A DNA stretch of 60,076 bases, the filler included, from Sphacelaria rigidula (taxonomy: Eukaryota), in assembly GCA_964200075.2 (NCBI GenBank). It is 8 parts of 8 records of this genome, joined end to end, with 100 filler letters (N's around TTAATTAATTAA, not from the genome) between each part and the next. Parts side by side here need not be neighbours in the genome. Positions count along the whole stretch, not along the records: positions 45,133 to 52,554 come from CAXNAA020014997.1; positions 52,655 to 60,076 come from CAXNAA020014998.1; 6 more parts are not named here. The stretch is one strand, 5' to 3'. Each line of letters starts with the position of its first letter. The first letter of the stretch is position 1. This document shows positions 50,381 to 60,076 of the stretch, in pieces. The notes under the pieces are model-generated. The model did not search any database, was not told where the DNA came from, and saw nothing but the letters and a program-made list of their open reading frames with translations. A program made the position numbers and the translations under genes.

Positions 50381-51071
50381 CTGGACGGTGAAATGTAGCG
50401 ATCAAGAGGAGCGGCGGCGGCCACGGGCATCGATAACAGCAATTAAAAACAGACACGAAAAGGAATATAGATCAGGAATAGGAACAAGAAGAAGAATGAG
50501 GAAAAGCGGATGAAAGAAGATGAGAACAATAACGAGCATAAGAATGAAATACACACTGATAAACGAACGCAGGTATATGGATTTTCCAGGCAAGCTCAAC
50601 ACCATGAAGAAGCTGAAGAAGAAAAAAAAACATGAGATCATCACAGTGATCGTTTGACTTGTGCGGAAGGGAAGTATGCAAGCGAACTGGAAGCTTCGAC
50701 GTGCGGGATTTCCACGTCGGAGACGACAGGGGAGATGCACATCGCCAAACATATGCATCATACTCTACCGATCAATGAAACTTGATCTAGCTTTGGTTCC
50801 GCCATGACCCCCCTCGACATCACGTTCCATCAACATTTTTTAGTGAATGCCTTGTGCTCCGCTGAAGAAGACGAGTGAATGCTAGAAAACTGAAAATTTT
50901 GAAAACGCAAAACTACGAGCGTTTACACAAATTGGGATTAAAAAAAACGCAAAACCACATACAAGCCAACATCGGGTGTAAAGCATTGAGTAATTGCAAA
51001 AAAATAAATAGGATGAAACTATCCAGGCGCACTCGAGATAAAATCTTGTCGTACGTCCACCCATCACTCAC

Positions 51072-51195
51072 CGTCATCATCGTTGTCGTGTAATTGCACC
51101 CCCCTAGACTCGTCCCATATTCTCCACGCAACGATGTTGTGTGTTGCCCTCGCTATTTTGCTATTTTCCATCAGCTTATTTCTCGCCCATACCAC
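51072..51195 (-). CDS. IMPACT: IMPACT/YIH1 exon
   Basis: VVWARNKLMENSKIARATHNIVAWRIWDESRGVQLHDNDDD(G); CAG and GTGAGT boundaries. Confidence 0.93.
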
Positions 51196-52012
51196 CTGGG
51201 ATGTTTTCAGAAAGAAGCGACTCATGATTGGTGATTAATTTGATGGTTGATTGTCGCATTTTTTTTTTATCCGTCGCAAATCTGGCCGTGGTCACACGAT
51301 AGACGTACTCAGAATAAAAAAACAAAATGGAAACACTCGCTGAAAAATAAATGAAAAAAGCAGAAAGTTAGAACAAAGAGCAACGTAAGAGAAGAAGAGA
51401 GAAAAGACGTGCGCGTTTTTCCTTTCGCAGAATGAATAACATGTTTCCAAGCAACGAAAACGCCATGAAGTGCTACATACAAATGAACAGTCATCGAAGT
51501 TCACTAACTTGGACAGTATGCACAAGCGTGTAGGCGTGGGTCTGCGTCAAACGATGGCCAAAAAGCACCAACCTAATGAGTGTGCACGTGGCGTGCCGTA
51601 GGCGGCGCTGCATATCATTGATACGTGACAAATCAACCTCCAGATGACAACCCCGAGTGACGCGTTGGCGGCTATTTTTGGCACATTTTGATACCTACAG
51701 CACGGATTAGGGGTACATAGTGCCCCACCCTTATGACCACCCCCATCAAGTGATGTGCTTTTCGGGTCCCAAAAAACTCACACCGTGGGGCGGAACACAT
51801 GATGGTCTACGGTAGTCATGGGGGCCGCCTGTATCGTACGAAGGTCAGGGGAAGCTATATTGAATGTTCAACTCTGAAGGAAGTCTGGATCCAACCCACC
51901 ACGGTGTGGCCGAAACTATTCATCACTTGTACACGCGTCCGATATACATGCCGACCGCACTATGCCGGGACCCCCACTGCACTGTGCTACCACAGTGAGT
52001 GTACACATTCAC

Positions 52013-52417
52013 CTGTCGCTCCGAAGATACCCTGGCGAGGTGAGCCTGGAACGTACTCTTTCGATCCGTAAACGCCTCTCCATGCACAATATCTACAAAC
52101 CCCTCATCCTCAGCGAGATGCCCCTCCCCAGCTCGGTCCAACGCCGAACGATCACCATTGCCACCATCACCACCACCACTTCCACCTTCTCTTCCCCAAT
52201 CCGTACGGCCGCTAACGTGCTCGTCGCTTCTGTAGTCCCCCTCCTTTTGTTGGTCGCTACATGGAAATTCTGCATCGAGGTGTTCTGCGCCCTCTTCCTC
52301 GTGCAGAACGTCGTTTTCGTACGTTTCGGAGAGCAGACCCCGTAGAGTTTCCGCCCAATCGAACACCACGACAGCACCACCCGGCGATGAGGCGATTCCA
52401 TCCCCGGATTTTTGTTC
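52013..52417 (-). CDS. IMPACT: IMPACT/YIH1 exon: end of RWD domain, linker, start of UPF0029 domain; 5' boundary uncertain
   Basis: VVFDWAETLR...IVHGEAFTDRKSTFQAHLARVSSERQ|GTGAAT. Confidence 0.88.
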
Positions 52418-54727
52418 CTGGAGAAGCGCTGGATTTTTTTGTTTTTTTCGTGTTGAGAGTAGGGCGGGGCGGGGCGGGCGGGGGCGGGGGGGGGGGGGGG
52501 GGAGGGGGGACCCACGGGGAAGTTAGTCAAGGGGAGGTTTTTGGAAAATAGGGGNNNNNNNNNNNNNNNNNNNNNNNNNNNNNNNNNNNNNNNNNNNNTT
52601 AATTAATTAANNNNNNNNNNNNNNNNNNNNNNNNNNNNNNNNNNNNNNNNNNNNCCCCCCCCCCCCCCCTTGCTGATGACGTGATCTTCTGAATTTTAAT
52701 CATAAAAATTGCTGTCAAAATTTCAGCGTCCAACTCCTAATATCGCGCGTGCGTCGCCTGGGCGAGATTCACACCTACTCGTGGCTGGCCCAGCTCGTGG
52801 ACACTGGGAATGTGAGAAAACGTACCATGTAGACAGTGCAGGGTTTTGCTCGTGAGGTGCACTGTTATACTCCGCATCGACACACACAGGACGCGCTCCA
52901 AAGCAACACTTTTCAAGGGTCGCACGGTACGTTTTGGAGTCGAACAGATGGTATTCAATAGTGACCGCGGGTGAGACAATTTTTTCTTCCTTGTAGTTAC
53001 CGCAAACTTCACCAGCAGCGGTTTTGGCTGGAATGGTGACACGCTTCGTCGCATTTAAGCTGTGCGGCTCACGCAGTCAAGGGCGGGAAAACAGGCAGGG
53101 GTAGCGATCCGGGACCGCAAGCTCCTGCGTGGCTCCGACATTGTTTTGAAGAGTGGCAGCTGGTCAGATGGATGTGCATCCCCCCCAGCCTACATCCGTC
53201 GCTCTTAACACGTTTCCTCAACCTCGCACCTAGTGCAATAAAACGCACGGGTTTCATTCAAGCGTATAGGATGCGCTCCGCAACCAACAGGGCACGAGTT
53301 GGCGAAAGAACAGCGGGCAAGGCTGTAGGTCATGCTGTTCTCGTCTACGCGTGTGCTTGTATCGTACTCGTGCCGGTTTGGGTTTGCTTCCCTGCACTGT
53401 ACACTATTTATCCCCAGTCGGGCGGTGGTCGGGGTGGCTATGCCATAGATACATATAATATCACCAATTGGGGAAGAAATCACGGTACATATATACATTG
53501 TAGACCTGGTATCACGACCAGCCACACAACGGAGAAATGGACGGCAGCAAACCATGCCGAGAAAGAGGAAGCGGCGAAAAAACTTTTGCCGATCTCGGTA
53601 CTGGGATGTATTCATAGATTTTGGCGCATCATACATACCTAAAACATTGACGGAAAGAAACATCTGGTTCTCGCAGACGTGTACATAAACACACACCTCA
53701 ATCACGCACAGTCACGACATCCACACATGGCCTAGATAACAACCTAGCTCCACAAAGTACAAGAGATAAATACGGTACATTGAAAAACGAACAATCGACA
53801 GACACGGCAGCACATCTCCTCCATCACGATGCGATTCTGCGCCCGTGCACGAGCCCGTGACTCTCGCGCAAGTTCCAGTCGAGAAACGGCTGACGAACCC
53901 ATCCCCCCCGCCGTGTACGGGTACCACGGGACTACCGCTGCGCAACACTACAAATGTCCCAAATCGCCTGTTCGGAAGCACTTAAACGACTTCATGGCAG
54001 CACAACTTGATGACATGTATCATGTACAGTATGCAACGTGCGTGATCATCAATCGGAGTACCGTCGCGTCACACTGCACACTTTCGACGCGATGAACTGG
54101 ATCATGTGTCAGGAATCACTTGAAAAACTTGCTGTCACAGCACAAGCCAGCTATCAAGTACTGAAGCACACACGCGCTTAGACTCTGAAACTCTGAAACT
54201 CTGACACTGGGGCACTACAGTATTACACCAGACTCATTCCATGCACACTGGACTGTCAAAGCACTATACCAGCCGCTTGAGCACCGAAGAAGCATGAATT
54301 TATATCAGGGCACTGCCACGCTTCAGTGAGATGCACTCCTGCAACGCTTTCGCAGTACATCGCCACTGCACGCAAGAGCTTGACCACGCTACGGCGGAAC
54401 GCAGTAGTAGTGCAGGGATCGCTAGAGTCTTAGCTCTGGCGGACCTGCTCCACTGCTATAGAAAGATAATCGATCAGCGAAGACGTCGAGAACCAGCTTC
54501 AAGTCATCAGGAGACACCTGTCATTTCACGGGTGGGCAAAGGCGTCAGGGTAGCGGAGGGGGGCTCAATTCAATTACACAACACATGTTGAGCGGGGGTA
54601 TACGTTAAATGGCCGGTCCAACAGAGGAAGTACCGAGATATTTCGAACAACGCACACGGAACAAAATGTTCAATAGTGCAAGTGTCGCCCTATTTTTAAC
54701 GAGGAAAATGACGATGCGTTCTTCAAC

Positions 54728-55150
54728 ACCGCGGCCGGGGGGTCTACTGGTCCAAGTGTCATCTTTAGGCTGGAGAGAATGTGGCTTCGATTCCCGCCAG
54801 GCGTATTGTTTTTTCTCCTTCTCCCACGTATCTGATTTCCACCGGCGAAAGCGAGTTCACACGAGTAGACAAGGAAGTAGTTGACGGAGTGTTGCTCGTT
54901 CGACGAGAGTTGAAGCGGTGCGGGAGTGCTGATAGTCATGATCCAATCCACGAGACCGAAATGCAAGCCGTATACCGGGGGGGGGGGGGGGGGGTACATA
55001 TTTGCTGCTTGCCTGAGTCGTTTGGCCATTGGCCACGCATCTCTTTCGAGACGGAGCACCGCGTACCGGGGAGAGATGGGTCCATACTTCAAGACCACAG
55101 ATTCGTCCCGAGGATTGGGAGGGGTTCGAAGTATGACAAAAGAAATGAAA
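54728..55150 (+). mobile_element. SINE family 2 copy interrupted by the poly(C) retroposon; a 3' fragment with an A-rich tail is at 56937-57030
   Basis: Degenerate A/B boxes (GGTCTACTGG, TTCGATTCC); body colinear with 9906-10200. Confidence 0.7.
54977..55063 (-). mobile_element. Poly(C)-tailed short retroposon with TSD
   Basis: TACCGGGG at 54973-54980 and 55064-55071; empty-site homolog near 10145-10160. Confidence 0.85.
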
Positions 55151-57585
55151 TCAATTTCTTGACAGCGTTATCTCCGCTATTCCCTTAATAGATGCGAATA
55201 AACCGACATCTTCAACATGACTACGTGCGACACATTCCCAACAGGATGAATGAACCGACATTTTCAACAAGGAACGCATAAACGACGGGCCCAGCGTTTT
55301 ACAAGTGAAATAATGATATATGGTGACAGCGTCTTCATTTGCCAGCCGAGAAAAACTCGAAACAAGTGACGATGTTCTCACAGTAGGTGTGGTGGAATAC
55401 TCCAACACACTTCAAAACACCATGAAATAAAACGATATACAAGAGTACTGCTCTTTTCTAAGCACGGTACCTCCGCACAGTGTCTTGAAAACCGCTTGTC
55501 GTTCGAGTCCGACTAGTTATACAATCATCCTCAAGTACAAGAACCGAAGTACTGTACAATTGCGTCCCGATAACGTTCCTGAGGTTCCCGGGGTTCCGTG
55601 ATTTTGATCTCCTAGATCACACATCCAAAACAAGTGACCACGAGCCACGACCCGCAGCTTCCTAGCTGTCTGGGCTGTCTGATGTGCGTGAGGGGCTCAC
55701 TCTCTGCCGTACTACCGAACTGCGTGTGGCCACTCCACACTACAATCAGAGCACAGCAGCCGTAGCGGCCAGCCTTCCGTAGGAGGATGGTGTCGTCAAT
55801 TGGCGTCGGCGGTAGGACTTGAAACGAAACGCACATAACACGACTCACTCCTTTTTCCCTGCTCTCCTCTCGTTTATTCAGTTCCTTTCTGAGCCGTGCT
55901 GAGACCACCTGTCTCAACAGTACTGTCTTTAGAGAGCTGAGTCGCAACCTCGGCCTTCTTTTGTTGAACGGATTTGTTACTCTAACAGTGAAACCTCGGG
56001 AGGGGCCTGCCAGGTGTTTCCCCCCCTAGAACGGTAATATTTCTCAGTTTGGGGTCTTGCTCTTTTTCACTTCTTGGTCTGGTGTCTATTTCCTCATTCC
56101 CCATTTTTGCTCCGCTTCTTGAGTTCCCCTTGGGACGTGTTTTCGTTTCTTTAGCTACCCTTCGGTACGACGACTATGTTGCGGCCACGACAGTATTTTG
56201 TAGCGGATGAGTCCATGTACGACAATCAGTCAGTCACTCACTCAGTCAATCAACCAATGTACCTCCCAATGCCAGAGTGATAATGTCCGGATATTTCAGG
56301 GAAACCCGCAAGTACTCCGCCGGCTGTTTCACGCAAGATAATTTGGATTGCCAATCTTTATCGCAGCAGCATCTGCACATCGGAATCAAATCACAACACG
56401 CTGACGATGGCATGCACACACATCGACTTTAGACTTTAGGATGGTAATTTCCGCATCGAAGAGTTTGCCTCAACACCGATAGAACATGTGCGGGCGCTGC
56501 GGCTTTCCGTGTTGGCCGGCTTGCTCCAAGGTGCTCGAGGTCTCACACATGTACAGTCACGCCTACCTGTACCTGGGTATTTCGGGATCATATTGCCGCC
56601 GACCACGTCGGGCGTTGCAAAGAAAAAAACAGTCTACATACCAACATGAGAACGCGACGGCTGCAAGCCGGGGTTGTCAGGGAGTTTTTTTCGGATAACT
56701 TCTTCCCTAGTGTCCAACACGGTTATTGGCAATTGGCGAAGACAAATTTACAAATCCGCGACACGCCAGTGGAATGCAACTATTCAGCTTGCGATCCAGC
56801 CTCGCACCAGTACAATTTAACGGCAATTTGAGTCACAATACACACACACACACACAAGGCTTGTAATCGTGCAACAGTCCGATGAATTGAATCTTCTCCG
56901 TGGATTTCTTTTTGCACCGGGAAAAGGAAGTCACCGGGGAGAGATGGATTGATCCCTCGAGACCACAGACTCGTCCCGAGGAAGGGCAGGGGTTCAAAGT
57001 GCGACAAATAAAAAAATAAAAATAAAATAGTAAAGTAAGTCAGAGGGCGATCAAATTTTACAGCACAGTACTTCTCACGCTCAAAATATTCTGCCGTAAA
57101 CATATTGCTGCTTGAATGTTTCTCTTTCAAGATGGCATATACCTTGCGCTGAATATACAGCGAGGGACGTAGTGCAGAGCGTTGGTTGTCCGTCGACTCT
57201 GATCGTGCTTGAACGATCTCTCCAAAAGAGCAATACTCCACAGTCTAAGGAAAAAATGTGTGTAGTGTGCAACAGTGTGCAGTAGTGTGCTTCAGCTTCC
57301 TCCTGAAATGCTTTCCGCGTGCATCCCTGCAACATGTGTAGCTGTGTGCATCTGAAATCTCTGCTGTCCGAAGCCCAACGGGGTCAAACCCTATATTCCA
57401 ATTGGAGATAAGTACATCTTGATCGAAACCGACAGCGTCCTACGCGACAAAAACAGTCGACTATGAAGGTATGTGTATGTGTATGTATGTTGTGCTCATC
57501 AGACCTGGGACATCACCAGATGCGACTCACGGAACATATGTTGGTCGCAAAACTGTCGTGTACACCGCACGTAGCAAACACACAC

Positions 57586-57670
57586 CTTGAGCATGGCCTT
57601 GAAATAGTCGAAAGCGAAGAACTGCAGCGCGATCGCAGCACCGAAAAATACGGCTCTCAAACCCAAGCCA
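57586..57670 (-). CDS. Mitochondrial carrier (SLC25, phosphate-carrier-like), helix 6 exon
   Basis: (S)GLGLRAVFFGAAIALQFFAFDYFKAMLK; TGCAG acceptor, AAG|GT donor; phase fits the previous exon. Confidence 0.87.
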
Positions 57671-57814
57671 CTGCACACGCAGGCAAAAAAAAGAAGAAAA
57701 AAGCGGGGTGAGAAAAAAAAATGCGGTCATGATTCACGGACACCAAATACATCAAGGTTGAAAAAGAACGGTCGCGTGGGGCAAAAGAACTCGATAAAAA
57801 AATCGACAGGCTAC

Positions 57815-57885
57815 GGGGGGGGGGTACGCACTTGTTGCTTGCCTTAGTCGTTTGGCCATTGACCATGCATCCCTTCCGAGACGGA
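57815..57885 (-). mobile_element. Poly(C)-tailed short retroposon with TSD, intronic
   Basis: GCTACGGG at 57810-57817 and 57886-57893. Confidence 0.85.
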
Positions 57886-58814
57886 GCTACGGGAGAATTT
57901 GCTGTGAGTGCCCACTGATCCGTTACCCGATAGATCTGCATGGAAGTGCTAGACAGCTAGGTGTGTACTGGCACTAAGCTGGTCCCTTCAGAGTACAGAT
58001 TGACTCATTGCGAGGAAACGGGCGGCTTCCAGCGGTTGAGGAAGTACGACAAGGAAAATAAAGAACGAACAAGGATTTATTCAATGTTCACGTGTAACTC
58101 AACCGATTCCGACAGACACAACACGTATCCATGTTAGCTTCGCAATGACAACTTGGTCAAACGGTCAGTTCTAACTCATCGGAACCTTGTGACTGCCGAG
58201 CCACGAGCGATGCTACTAAATTTGGCCCTTCCGCGCGAGCGCTTGCAAGAAATACAAGCAACAGGGGAGGAATTGCCGACACGCCGGCTACCTGGCAGCG
58301 CCAGCGATGCGAGCGAGAACACGCATACGCGCCGCGTAATTAATTTCTTCTAGTGCGAGGCAAATGACAGAGACAAAATGTACACACGCTGGACAACTAA
58401 CAACGAATATCGAGCAGCTGTTCGCTGAACAAATAGCTTGCGTATATGATTCATCGGAGACGTGTCTACAGGATGATGCATGATGTTCGTGTCCGAGCAT
58501 TGTGTACGGACAACTAGTTGCTCCAACGATACATCCGACAGTTGTATTCCGGGATGGTAGTTGGTGCATGTTCTCGTTCGAGATATTACCCCTAAATTAG
58601 TTCCCTGATACTTTCATGCGAGCGTCAACCACAAGCAGACAGTCAACAATCCAAACACCTTGTTATAGCTCGAACGTCCATGCTCGTATTTTCAACGCAC
58701 ATGCGCGAGGGATTTCCTACAAAGCACCGCTTCATCGCTCGATACAAGTTGAGTGGGAGCACAGGGCAAGAATCCTTACAGTACGAAAATCTGTGCACCA
58801 CCATCAATCATCAC

Positions 58815-59326
58815 CTGAACAGCCCCATCACCCCATCATCTCCGTTCACCATCTCCTTCACCACCTCCCTCCAATCACTGTCCGCACCATTTTCCTCTCC
58901 TTGCTCCAATCCAAATTCTTGGGTATCCCCCCGTAATTTTCCCGCAATCTCCGAAGATACCCCGCCTGCCTTGACCGACGCACCCGTACTACCCTCAAGA
59001 TCCCCATTCAGGTCACTGGCCCCACCGGCTCCACCATTTCTACCTTCCGCGCTCCCAAACCCTCTCCGTAATCTCAACCCCAAATCAGCCATGGTCGTTG
59101 TGCCTCCCCCCGAAGAGCCCACAGCAGCAGCGACCACAGATGGACGGGGTGACGCTGCCACGCTATCCCACGGCCTTCGCCTCGAGGGCGCGGGCGGGGG
59201 GGTAGGTGGAGCTACAGGTGTCGTGGGCGGTTTTTTTGTGGTGTTGAGTCGCGTGAGCACCGTGTCCGCAGGGTTCGAGACAATTGCTCCGACCACCCCC
59301 GCCGCCATGCCCGCCATGATGGAGAC
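58815..59326 (-). CDS. Mitochondrial carrier (SLC25, phosphate-carrier-like), helix 5 plus a long loop
   Basis: VSIMAGMAAGVVGAIVSNPADTVLTRLN (carrier signature-like PAD motif) ... GVMGLF; CAG acceptor, AG|GTGAT donor. Confidence 0.88.
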
Positions 59327-59450
59327 CTGATTGTTCATTTCCCAGCGTATCGGTGGGGGTGGGGAGGAGGAAATGGTGTCGGAGGTGAAGAACACGAATT
59401 TTGACCGCATGACGTGGACAAATGTTGCTGTCCTACTCTGCGATGTCTTT

Positions 59451-59647
59451 CACACGTCGGACAAGTCAACTCCGTGGTACCTTTTTCCATTGGCTGAGTT
59501 ATACGGTATAGCTCACCGGTACTGAACGGTACATTTTTTTTTGGCTGAGTTATACGCTCATCCAGGGGTACTTATTTCCATTGGTTGTTGACTGAGTTAT
59601 ACCGCGTACTACATGACTAACTTGTCTTGTCAGTTGTCCGACGTGTT
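59451..59647. mobile_element. Short CACAC-terminated MITE with three internal CTGAGTTATAC repeats
   Basis: ACACGTCGGACAA inverted ends, the same terminus as 31146-31677. Confidence 0.7.
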
Positions 59648-60076
59648 CAAGATGTGTAGTATCTTGTATCAAGCGCAAAACTGCCACATGCTTGATTAAC
59701 TTCTGCATCTGTGCCTTTCAGGGGAGGATGAGACGGAAGCTATGGCTATGCTTTTTGTACATATACTGCTGCAGAGAAAGGGATCGCTAATTTCTTGCAC
59801 TTCTCATGTTGCTTGTAGTAGCATGGTTCTTGTTGTGTACTACTGCGCCACACGACAAATGCAGCATTTGTTTCAGACCTCACGACGGAGTATGGCAGCC
59901 ATGGTGTAGAGCTGTAACGAGAGACACCTCACTACCCAGCGGTTACACGATGGGCACAGATACATGCCCGCTTCCATCACTGTGATTCCACTACCGTCCC
60001 CCGCACGAGACCGTAATTTGAACCTTGCTTCGTTTTACTAGTCTTGAACCTACCTCGTTGCATCCTGCGGGGGGGG

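Overview
The window is not one locus. It is eight unrelated fragments of exactly 7422 bp (1-7422, 7523-14944, 15045-22466, 22567-29988, 30089-37510, 37611-45032, 45133-52554, 52655-60076) joined by artificial 100-bp N44-TTAATTAATTAA-N44 linkers, so nothing can be inferred across linkers. The DNA is eukaryotic, intron-rich and repeat-rich. A stramenopile, probably a brown alga, is my inference from GC-rich short exons in long introns, TTAGGG-type motifs, PRORP and the repeat content. Recognisable host exons: PRORP (protein-only RNase P), PNPase, four spliced exons of IMPACT/YIH1, two exons of an SLC25 phosphate-carrier-like protein, and an uninterrupted ORF of seven 49-aa IQ-like repeats. Mobile DNA dominates: a decayed Ty3/gypsy element, two tRNA-headed SINE families and several TIR/MITE families. 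Best candidates for something undescribed: (1) a short 5'-truncated retroposon with an apparent poly(C) 3' tail, found at C/G runs with 8-bp target duplications (6 copies); (2) a gypsy integrase ending in a chromodomain plus a second PWWP/Tudor-like domain; (3) the IQ-repeat ORF; (4) a MITE with 6-bp target duplications and offset ends. All calls come from reading the sequence by eye; no database searches were run.
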